Positions 22,886 through 29,845 of a DNA stretch of 44,088 bases are shown piece after piece. Position 1 is the stretch's first letter, and each line of letters opens with the position of its first letter. The notes under the pieces were generated by a model. It searched no databases. It saw only the letters and a list, made by a program, of their open reading frames with translations, and was not told the origin of the DNA. Location: the NCBI GenBank assembly GCA_964419105.1, contig CAYQOJ010000004.1, positions 10,993 to 55,080 of the forward strand, read 5' to 3'. Both the position numbers and the translations under genes were made by a program. Source of the DNA: an uncultured Methylococcus sp. (GTDB lineage Bacteria > Pseudomonadota > Gammaproteobacteria > Methylococcales > Methylococcaceae).

Positions 22886-23404
22886 ATGCACACACTAATC
22901 ACCTTTCCAAGAAGTGGTGCACACTTTTTTCAAAACTATTTAAAACAGGCCACTGGATATGAGATTGAAAAGACTCATAAGCCTGTGGATATACCGCATG
23001 TTTTGACGATAGTGCGTGATCCAATTGAGTCTATTGCTTCCTTTTCAGCCATGTTAATAGAGTATAACGGGCACTCAGTAGAGGAAACGGTGGCCAAACT
23101 AATAGAAAATTATGAGGCGTACTATACATACTTTTCTCATCATGCAGAATTGGTTATAGATTATAACAAATTGATAACGGAACCAGAAAATACCGTGAGC
23201 AAATTTACAGACATTGCTGGTATCAAGTTTAATAAAATTAGTTATGTTGACGATATTGTGGATATGAAGGATAAGAGGCATTTTAAAACTAGCAAAAATA
23301 AGGATTCATACACTAACTCTATAGACATGCTTAACCGCATGAAAAAAGAACTTGAATCTTGTTATGACAAATATAATAACCTTTTGAGAAAGTCTATATC
23401 ATAG
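22886..23404 (+). CDS. Sulfotransferase-like protein
   Basis: The N-terminal TFPRSGAHFF resembles the PAPS 5-prime-phosphosulfate loop. IVRDPIESIAS resembles the 3-prime-phosphate motif (RDPxxxxxS). TATAAT (22874-22879) lies 6 nt upstream of the ATG. Confidence 0.55.
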   Translation: MHTLITFPRSGAHFFQNYLKQATGYEIEKTHKPVDIPHVLTIVRDPIESIASFSAMLIEYNGHSVEETVAKLIENYEAYYTYFSHHAELVIDYNKLITEPENTVSKFTDIAGIKFNKISYVDDIVDMKDKRHFKTSKNKDSYTNSIDMLNRMKKELESCYDKYNNLLRKSIS

Positions 23405-23945
23405 ACAATTCTGGATCTACAGAGAACCACATAGGAAAACTATATCTTTTGCCAGCAACAGCCTTAACTCCATGGTCATAATCTTTTGCTCTTGGGGGAA
23501 ACATAATAAGTCCTCCATGCTCTGGCTTATACTCAACAGATAATCTTGGGAAGAATATTTCTCCACCCTCCTCTATGTCGGTTAAATATAGAACTGCAGT
23601 GTAATCAATATGCATCCCGCCATCAGTATGAACGTCCATTGTGCTTCCATCGTCCTGTCTGACTAGCCAAAAGTTACATGGATAAACTGTTTTATTAAAC
23701 ATTTCAGATACTTTATCGGTTGCCTTCGATAGAATATGCTCTGCTAGTGGGGCGAGGTCTCCAAGAATGTCTGTATTTGGGTGCAGGTCATGAACGTGAT
23801 ACACCATTTCCTTGGTACCAAACTGTAATGTCCAGCGAGCACCTCTAGGGCTAGCAAAGAATATTGGCAAGTTATTGTCTATATATTCAATTATCCTTGC
23901 AGAGTCTTCTCTGGATATAAAGTCTGAGGCAGTATAAATTTCCAT
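23394..23945 (-). CDS. Prolyl 4-hydroxylase-like 2OG-Fe(II) dioxygenase
   Basis: VHTDGG...TAVLYLTDIEEGGEIFFP...GGLIMFP...YDHGVKAVAGKRYSFPMWF gives the HxD...H facial triad and the P4Hc-type core. The ATG at 23945 is preferred over the GTG at 23951. Confidence 0.8.
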   Translation of the reverse strand: MEIYTASDFISREDSARIIEYIDNNLPIFFASPRGARWTLQFGTKEMVYHVHDLHPNTDILGDLAPLAEHILSKATDKVSEMFNKTVYPCNFWLVRQDDGSTMDVHTDGGMHIDYTAVLYLTDIEEGGEIFFPRLSVEYKPEHGGLIMFPPRAKDYDHGVKAVAGKRYSFPMWFSVDPELSMI

Positions 23946-23990
23946 ATTCACAATTATACCATCACAGCCGTTTCCTGGTATAATGTATTT

Positions 23991-24611
23991 ATGAATAGTG
24001 AATTATTGGCCCCTGGAATTATACAGTATAAAAACGTCATACCAAATTATGATAGGCTCATGACCCTGCTCAACGACGAGTCAGTCTCTTGGAACGATGC
24101 CCTGATTGTGGCAAGCAGAGATCCAAAGGAAGACCCAACGAGTATAGAGCCAAAACTTAATCGTGATATCAGAAACTGTGGCTCCATTGCAATGCCATAT
24201 GACAAATATGAAATGCAGTCCTTTATTCCAGATGAGAGAATGAGGGATGTATACTTTGAGATGCATGACATAATCAAGCCAGTCTTTACTTATTATGAAG
24301 ATGAATACATGAAAGATTTTAAGATTAATGTTAGATCCTGGCACTCTAGATTAGAGTTTTTAAGATATGATGTTGGACAATTCTTTGAGGACCACATTGA
24401 TACCGTTCCAGGAATTACTAGAACAGTGTCTGCAGTTTTATATTTAAATGATGATTACGAAGGCGGAGAAATTTATTTTTCTAGATTTGATTTAAAGATT
24501 AAGCCAGAAAAAAATTCTTTAATTTTGTTTCCTTCAAACTATGTTTATAATCACAGTGCTGAGCCAGTAAAAAATGGTACAAAATACGCAATAGCCACAT
24601 TCCTGGCTTGA
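23991..24611 (+). CDS. Prolyl 4-hydroxylase-like 2OG-Fe(II) dioxygenase
   Basis: EDHIDTV...SAVLYLNDDYEGGEIYF...NSLILFPSNYVYNHSAEPVKNGTKYAIATF. It is a paralog of 41838-42503. TATAAT (23979-23984) lies 6 nt upstream of the ATG. Confidence 0.8.
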   Translation: MNSELLAPGIIQYKNVIPNYDRLMTLLNDESVSWNDALIVASRDPKEDPTSIEPKLNRDIRNCGSIAMPYDKYEMQSFIPDERMRDVYFEMHDIIKPVFTYYEDEYMKDFKINVRSWHSRLEFLRYDVGQFFEDHIDTVPGITRTVSAVLYLNDDYEGGEIYFSRFDLKIKPEKNSLILFPSNYVYNHSAEPVKNGTKYAIATFLA

Positions 24612-24642
24612 TTTATTTTTAGTAATAAGGTATAATAGTTAA

Positions 24643-24870
24643 ATGGAAAAAGTAACTGTATATACCAAGCCCTCATGTGTTCAGTGTGACATGACAAAGA
24701 AAATGCTTGACAAGAACAATATAAATTATGACACTGTTGACATAACTGAAGATATCTCAGCATTTGAGATGGTAAAGAGTATGGGGTTTATGTCTGCTCC
24801 AGTAGTGATTACAGATACAGACTCTTGGGCTGGATTTCAGCCTGATAAGATTATGAAGATCGCCTCTTGA
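24643..24870 (+). CDS. nrdH: NrdH-type glutaredoxin-like protein
   Basis: VTVYTKPSCVQCDMTKKML...MGFMSAPVV...WAGFQPDKI shows the CVQC active site. TATAAT (24631-24636) lies 6 nt upstream. Confidence 0.8.
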   Translation: MEKVTVYTKPSCVQCDMTKKMLDKNNINYDTVDITEDISAFEMVKSMGFMSAPVVITDTDSWAGFQPDKIMKIAS

Positions 24871-24901
24871 CTTACTGCCTGATATAAGGTAGAATGTAAT
24901 G

Positions 24902-25024
24902 ATGGGACAATTTGAATACGCAGTGCCTCTGTCTACCGTTAAACCAGAGGACATCGAAAGAGTTGCAAAAGAATTCTTGGAAAAGAAAAACAAATCAGAG
25001 AAACAAGAGGAAAAAAATGCTTAG
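24902..25024 (+). CDS. Possible 40-aa Lys/Glu-rich peptide
   Basis: TAGAAT (24890-24895) lies 6 nt upstream of the second ATG. It overlaps the groES start by 8 nt. Confidence 0.3.
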   Translation: MGQFEYAVPLSTVKPEDIERVAKEFLEKKNKSEKQEEKNA

Positions 25025-25304
25025 ACCATTACAAGATAAAATTGTTGTAGAAGTAGCACAAGAGGCAGAAAAGACAACAGCATCTGGACTAGTTATTCCA
25101 GGAACAGTAACTGAAAAGCCAAGCGAGGCCATCGTTATTGCTGTTGGGCCAGGTATAACATTAGATAATGGATACACCCTAGTACCAGACCTAAAGCCAG
25201 GCGATAAGGTAGTGTTTTCTAAGTATCAGGGCACCGAAATTGATCATGAAGGCAAGAAGTACATGGTACTTGCGTACCGTGACATCTTTGCGGTAATTGA
25301 GTAA
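25017..25304 (+). CDS. groES: Co-chaperonin GroES (Cpn10)
   Basis: MLRPLQDKIVVEVAQEAEKTTASGLVIPGTVTEKPSEAIVIAVGPG...GDKVVFSKYQGTEI..EGKKYMVL is a canonical Cpn10 pattern, preceded by an AGAGGAAAAAA RBS. Confidence 0.9.
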   Translation: MLRPLQDKIVVEVAQEAEKTTASGLVIPGTVTEKPSEAIVIAVGPGITLDNGYTLVPDLKPGDKVVFSKYQGTEIDHEGKKYMVLAYRDIFAVIE

Positions 25305-25447
25305 TGGGAACATGGGTTGAGATTGTAACTGACCCACACCATATAATTGCTGATTTTATTATGAATATAGCATTTGAGGTAACATTTGCATGGCTAACAT
25401 ACCGTGGAATAATGAGGCTACTAAAGAAAAAGTATGGAATAAAGTAG
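25304..25447 (+). CDS. 47-aa membrane peptide
   Basis: TAATG overlap, then MGTWVEIVTDPHHIIADFIMNIAFEVTFAWLTYRGIMRLLKKKYGIK. Confidence 0.4.
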   Translation: MGTWVEIVTDPHHIIADFIMNIAFEVTFAWLTYRGIMRLLKKKYGIK

Positions 25448-25462
25448 TGGTATACTTTATTC

Positions 25463-25741
25463 ATGGCATCTCATAAAATTATGGACCTCTCCGAAGAGGT
25501 AGTTAGAATTACTCCACTTGGAAAGCACGGTGGTATGGACATTACCTTACAAAATGTCAATGCATCTGGATATATTTATATTGGTGGAGATGAAACACTC
25601 ACTTCTACAAACTATGGATTTAGAATTATGCCCAATCACTCTATCTCATTTGAATTACCCAGCGCAGACGCTTTGTATGCGGTAGCAGATGGCTCAATGA
25701 GTCTTGCAGTTATGATGACTGGTTTGGAAAGTCAGAACTAA
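25463..25741 (+). CDS. Hypothetical beta-rich protein upstream of the fibre-tip paralog
   Basis: 92-aa ORF. TATACT (25451-25456) lies 6 nt upstream, and the stop overlaps the next ATG. Confidence 0.55.
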   Translation: MASHKIMDLSEEVVRITPLGKHGGMDITLQNVNASGYIYIGGDETLTSTNYGFRIMPNHSISFELPSADALYAVADGSMSLAVMMTGLESQN

Positions 25742-26187
25742 TGGCTAGATTTACCCATCCTGCATTTGGAGATGTTGGTGGACTTACAACAGAAATCAAA
25801 TCATATTCACCAGTTTGGTCTGGTGCAGGATTAACATTTACTGGGACACCTGCAATTGGAGAATATGTTAAGATTGGAAATCTTGTCATTGTTCAGATTG
25901 ATGTTGAGTTTGACAATGTTACTAACTTTGGAACTGGAGGCTATTCTCTAACAGTTCCTGTTGCGTCTAAGTACCACACAGATGTATATGGTGGGTCGAT
26001 ACACAAAACAGTTAATCAGGGAATTGATCACTATAGTATAAAGGGTCATATGTCTACAGGGTCATCAACATTTACCATTTGGGCAATTGGAAGTAATGCT
26101 TCTGATGAACCATTTACTCATAACTCGCCAATAAATTTAACTAATGCAGATAAATTCCACATGTCATTTAGTTACATTTGCGAATAA
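25741..26187 (+). CDS. Fibre-tip domain protein (stalk-less paralog of the C-terminus of 4316-4825)
   Basis: GLTFTGTPAIGEYVKIGNLVIVQIDVEFDNVTNFGTGGYSLTVP...HYSIKGH...SDEPF...ADKFHMSFSY aligns with GLTFTGTPTTARYIKNGKLVFVYIDVDLDNITNFGTGQYRLTLP...YYSIKGH...PDEPF...SDRFHISFVY. Confidence 0.75.
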   Translation: MARFTHPAFGDVGGLTTEIKSYSPVWSGAGLTFTGTPAIGEYVKIGNLVIVQIDVEFDNVTNFGTGGYSLTVPVASKYHTDVYGGSIHKTVNQGIDHYSIKGHMSTGSSTFTIWAIGSNASDEPFTHNSPINLTNADKFHMSFSYICE

Positions 26188-26189
26188 TA

Positions 26190-26624
26190 TTATCTAGGCT
26201 CAACTATAAATGCATACTCATGGGACAGAAGTATCCTTGAGTCCCAGTCACTATAATAACTAAATAGTTGGTTTGTCTGTGGAAGATAGACTAAGCATCC
26301 AAAATTAATTAAGGGATGCTCTATCCTTCCATTTAGTTTAACTAAAAAATAGTTGTCTAAATTATTAGATAGGTTGTAATCTTTTATTACCTTATCTAAA
26401 TGCTCAGTCAATTGATTATGTATTTTTGTGGTATTCATAAAGTATTGGTCTTTGCTATATGGGTCAACTGGCTCTTTATAATTAATTATTTTAACAGGCT
26501 CTTCCCAATTTAGGGACTCGTCGATCATGGATTGATGTATTATGAAGAATAGTTTAGTCCTATTTGGTTCGGGAACAACGTCATCTACCCGAAAATTAAC
26601 GTAAATTTCTTTAGTTTCTGCCAT
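26190..26624 (-). CDS. Hypothetical protein
   Basis: 144-aa ORF. TATAAT (revcomp, 26631-26636) lies 6 nt upstream of the ATG. Confidence 0.6.
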   Translation of the reverse strand: MAETKEIYVNFRVDDVVPEPNRTKLFFIIHQSMIDESLNWEEPVKIINYKEPVDPYSKDQYFMNTTKIHNQLTEHLDKVIKDYNLSNNLDNYFLVKLNGRIEHPLINFGCLVYLPQTNQLFSYYSDWDSRILLSHEYAFIVEPR

Positions 26625-26641
26625 ACATAAATTATATCAGT

Positions 26642-26670
26642 TTGACAAGAATGGCGCTGATAAGTATAAT
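26642..26670 (+). promoter_or_regulatory. Consensus sigma70-type promoter for the tRNA
   Basis: TTGACA (26642-26647), exactly 17 nt, TATAAT (26665-26670). The tRNA 5-prime end lies 8 nt downstream. Confidence 0.7.
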
Positions 26671-26678
26671 TGATATAT

Positions 26679-26751
26679 GCCTTTGTAACTCAGTGGATAG
26701 AGTAGCGGACTTCTAATCCGTTTGTCGCAGGTTCGAGTCCTGCCAGGGGCG
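26679..26751 (+). tRNA. tRNA-Arg (anticodon UCU)
   Basis: Manual cloverleaf. The 7-bp acceptor stem has 2 G-U pairs. D arm ACTC/GAGT with a GG loop. Anticodon stem GCGGA/TCCGT with loop CTTCTAA. T arm GCAGG-TTCGAGT-CCTGC. Confidence 0.85.
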
Positions 26752-26775
26752 CAAGTATTGTGGTATAATCTATTT

Positions 26776-27462
26776 ATGGACTATAATCAAAAAGTAATGG
26801 TATTGAAAAACTTTCTTTTAGAATCTGAGGTTGCTGAATTAAAAGAAGCAATTAGATTGGTCAGGGAGCACAAGCAGCCAGAACATGAGGTCCTAGAGTT
26901 TAAGCATTGGTCCAGAATTAATCACGGGATACATATTCCAGATTCAGTATTCAAAAAGTTTCAAGAAGCAGCATGGCAATACGGAGACCCATCTCTTCAA
27001 TTTACCCACCAAACATCATTCATCTACAAGCCAGAACTTGGGGGAACTACTCAATGCCCTCCACATACAGATGGTCATCAGACACAGTTCTCTATGGACT
27101 ATCAGGTTGAGGCAAATGTGGAGTGGCCTTTGTGGGTAGAGGGAGAAAAGTATGTTTTGCAAGACAATGATGTTTTGATTATGAGTGGAAGAAGCCAGGT
27201 TCACTGGAGAGAAGAAAAGCATTTGCAAGAGGGGGAGTATTGCGACATGTTTATTCTTCACTTTGCAGAGCCAGACTACTTAGACAAGCAGGAAAAGGGA
27301 TTAATACAAAATGCCCCAGAAACTTCTTACAAGATGGCTGAAGAAATGTACAGTCCAACACTTGAAGGAACAACCTTGCAGGGTAATGATCCAGAAGATT
27401 CCAAACCAAATGTTTGCGTCAGCAAAGACCAGATAGATCATTCCCAATGCAGTCACGACTAA
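26776..27462 (+). CDS. Cupin/2OG-Fe(II)-oxygenase-like protein with Cys/His C-terminal tail
   Basis: The start at MDYNQKVMVLKN has TATAAT (26764-26769) 6 nt upstream; the track start at 26722 lies inside the tRNA. PPHTDGH...QVHWREEK suggests HxD...H. It is a paralog of 29846-30496. Confidence 0.6.
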   Translation: MDYNQKVMVLKNFLLESEVAELKEAIRLVREHKQPEHEVLEFKHWSRINHGIHIPDSVFKKFQEAAWQYGDPSLQFTHQTSFIYKPELGGTTQCPPHTDGHQTQFSMDYQVEANVEWPLWVEGEKYVLQDNDVLIMSGRSQVHWREEKHLQEGEYCDMFILHFAEPDYLDKQEKGLIQNAPETSYKMAEEMYSPTLEGTTLQGNDPEDSKPNVCVSKDQIDHSQCSHD

Positions 27463-28478
27463 ACAATAAAATATTTTTTCAGATTGCTGCATGGAGAGAT
27501 CCATTCGTTATACAAACAATAGAGCATGCAATTAAAAATGCTTACTCTCCGAAAGATCTAGTTTTTGGAGTTGTTTTTCAGGGTTACGAAGAAGATAAGT
27601 GGATGATTGATAACATACACAATCTTGGGGCAGAAGTACGACTAATAATGATAGATGCTAACGATGCCCCGCTATCATTATGTAAAATTCGTGGCCCAAT
27701 CGGATGTTCTGTTATGCAAGACGAATCATTTTACATACAGACAGACTCTCACACTAAGATGAACCATCATTGGGATATTAGTCTTAGAGCAGAATTGGAA
27801 TTAGCCAATAAATTATTTGGCAAAAGTATTATTACTGCTCAATCTTCAAACTTTTTTAGATGGGACGACGACTTTATTGAGAATAATCAGATATCAATTC
27901 CAGACGAAGAAGTTTTTAAAAATATTGGTGCCCCAGTTGTTGGCAGGCTAGAGGTAAAAAAGGATACAGTTCAGGTTAAAGAAAAGTTTTTTAATGCTAA
28001 CTGTGTATTTGCTTATTCTGATTTTGTTCGTGATGTCCCTCAGCCTTCAGAAATTCTGTTCCAATACGAACAGCCTATGATGGCACTAAGAACGTTTACT
28101 GGCGGGTATTGGATGGTTTCCCCAACTAGATCATATAGCAGTGTATTTGATTACCATAATGGCATGGAGTCTAAAAGCCGTGATAGTTATATAAAGTACA
28201 TTAGATTTGAAGACCCTGTGTGGATGGAAAGATGGGGTAATAAAGAGCAACAAAATAAAGAGTTATATGAAAAGATTTTAAGCGAAGAAATTATAGACAA
28301 AGACAATGGGTTGCTAGATAAAAGAACTTTGGCTGAGTTTATAGACTTTGCAGGATATAACCCGCTAACTCTTGAGGTTACTAGACAGCATGATTTGTAT
28401 GAAGATGGAAACTTCGTTTATGTTAGTCCAGAAGTATTAGAAGAAACAAAAGAAAAAATTAAACTACTTTACAATTGA
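27447..28478 (+). CDS. Glycosyltransferase, Gnt1/GT60-like 'GlcNAc transferase' family
   Basis: FFQIAAWRDPFVIQTIEHAIKNAYSPKDLVFGVVFQ and IQTDSHTKMNHHWD match the YRDP...P..vfvGv.Q and DSH..f..gWD signatures recalled for PF11397. The start at MQSRLNNK overlaps the upstream gene by 16 nt. Confidence 0.65.
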   Translation: MQSRLNNKIFFQIAAWRDPFVIQTIEHAIKNAYSPKDLVFGVVFQGYEEDKWMIDNIHNLGAEVRLIMIDANDAPLSLCKIRGPIGCSVMQDESFYIQTDSHTKMNHHWDISLRAELELANKLFGKSIITAQSSNFFRWDDDFIENNQISIPDEEVFKNIGAPVVGRLEVKKDTVQVKEKFFNANCVFAYSDFVRDVPQPSEILFQYEQPMMALRTFTGGYWMVSPTRSYSSVFDYHNGMESKSRDSYIKYIRFEDPVWMERWGNKEQQNKELYEKILSEEIIDKDNGLLDKRTLAEFIDFAGYNPLTLEVTRQHDLYEDGNFVYVSPEVLEETKEKIKLLYN

Positions 28479-28727
28479 TTCTAGAACAAACTTTGAGGTG
28501 GTGCCAATAACACCATCAATAATGTTGCCATCATGCAATCCAAGAAATGCTGGAAGACCATTGATGTTATACTTTTTAAAATAATAAATTGCTGTTGATG
28601 CATCTGAATTAACATTAACCCAAGATACTGATATTTCTGGATTCTCCTTAATAAACTGCTCAACAATAGGCATCATTGCTTTTGAACTTGGATCCCAATC
28701 ACTAAAAAAGAATACTAATTCTTTCAT
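28464..28727 (-). CDS. Thioredoxin-fold protein lacking the CxxC active site
   Basis: FFFSDWDPSSKAMMPIVEQF...NVNSD...YNINGLPAF has thioredoxin-like layout, with WDPS where WCGPC is expected. There are no Cys in the protein. Confidence 0.55.
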   Translation of the reverse strand: MKELVFFFSDWDPSSKAMMPIVEQFIKENPEISVSWVNVNSDASTAIYYFKKYNINGLPAFLGLHDGNIIDGVIGTTSKFVLESIVK

Positions 28728-29824
28728 TCACTATCCTTGAATACTGAGTCTAGCCTTGTTACCCTGGTAAAGTCTTTGCCAAAATCAGAGAACAAGGATT
28801 TATCCCTCATCCTATTCACAATACGCCTTGACCAAGAATAGCCAGCATCCCCGCCCCATGCTAGCCACATAATGTACCCATTGGACGGATCTGATTGATT
28901 TGCCCAATTCTTTCCCTTTTTGTCGACTTCATGTCGAGAAAAGTATGAATACATTCTCTTAACAGTACTAAGAGAAAGGCTTTCGCCATTTGCTAGTTGT
29001 CGTGCACGTGTCCAGCCTACTGCTGTACCAGCACCTTTAGCCTTACCGTCTTCCTTAAACTTAATTGCTTTTCTTGCTGCTGCTCTTGCTCCTGCTGGAG
29101 GAGAATAAGTCTCAGCCTTGTTAATCACTTTTATTTCTTCTTCAATTTCAATTGCAGATTCCATGTCAATATTTGGCATGTCAATGGGCGTTAAATCGCT
29201 GTATAAGGCTCCTACAGAGTAGGGGGTATACATATAGACCCCATCTTCTTCTTCGAGCATTCTGACGGCTACCGCTGGGTTCTCAGGAGTAGATTCTACT
29301 GCATATGGATTGCCTGGTTGACCATAAGTTCCACCTTCAACCATAATGTGCTCTACCTGTCCTACGATTGGGCCATCTTCTTCAGTTATCAGCATAACGA
29401 AGTCACCCTCTTGGATTCTTTCTTCTGCCTTTTTAACTGGAATACAGTTAGGAACCATTCTTCCATTTCTGCCTGGCTTCATTCCACGCTGAGTATAGCC
29501 TTCCCAGCATGGGTCTGCTTTAGAAACTGGCCACTCTTGTGGATTCTTTATTCCCATACCGCCATCATTTGTTACAGTGTCTTTTTCTTCATATTCTGGA
29601 TCTAGTACAGACTTCCCATCCATTGCTGGTTCGGGCTGTCCTATACCAGAGTTGAGCCTTTTTCTTTTTTCTGGCTGCTCTGCTTCACTCATGTTTATAG
29701 CAGTAATTTGATTTTGAGCAGAGGCTGCGGTATCGTGACATCCCATTACGGTCTTGTCATCATCTTTTAATACAGGGTATCCGCTACACCCGTATGATCC
29801 TTTGGCTCCAATACTATATGGCAT
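28724..29824 (-). CDS. Multi-domain hypothetical protein
   Basis: ATG at 29824 with TATAAT (revcomp, 29831-29836) 6 nt upstream; the track GTG at 29839 lies inside the -10. Motifs are DPCWEGYTQRGMKPGRNGRMVPNCIP and the C-terminal GTAVGWTRARQLANGESLSLSTVKRMYSYFSRHEVDKKG...WGGDAGYSW. Confidence 0.6.
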   Translation of the reverse strand: MPYSIGAKGSYGCSGYPVLKDDDKTVMGCHDTAASAQNQITAINMSEAEQPEKRKRLNSGIGQPEPAMDGKSVLDPEYEEKDTVTNDGGMGIKNPQEWPVSKADPCWEGYTQRGMKPGRNGRMVPNCIPVKKAEERIQEGDFVMLITEEDGPIVGQVEHIMVEGGTYGQPGNPYAVESTPENPAVAVRMLEEEDGVYMYTPYSVGALYSDLTPIDMPNIDMESAIEIEEEIKVINKAETYSPPAGARAAARKAIKFKEDGKAKGAGTAVGWTRARQLANGESLSLSTVKRMYSYFSRHEVDKKGKNWANQSDPSNGYIMWLAWGGDAGYSWSRRIVNRMRDKSLFSDFGKDFTRVTRLDSVFKDSE

Positions 29825-29845
29825 AGTAATATTATACACTATCTC

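Noticed and set aside
26722-26775. Upstream extension of the 26776-27462 gene to the track start at 26722
   Set aside because: It would begin inside the tRNA-Arg gene. The ATG at 26776 has a TATAAT box 6 nt upstream and aligns with the N-terminus of the paralog 29846-30496.
26600-26800. The tRNA as a remnant of a prophage attachment site or integration module
   Set aside because: There is no integrase, excisionase or duplicated tRNA 3-prime fragment nearby. The tRNA is complete and has its own consensus promoter.
28920-29605. Track ORFs 28920-29108, 28997-29194 and 29318-29605 (+)
   Set aside because: They are antisense to the well-supported 28724-29824 gene, with no translation signals.
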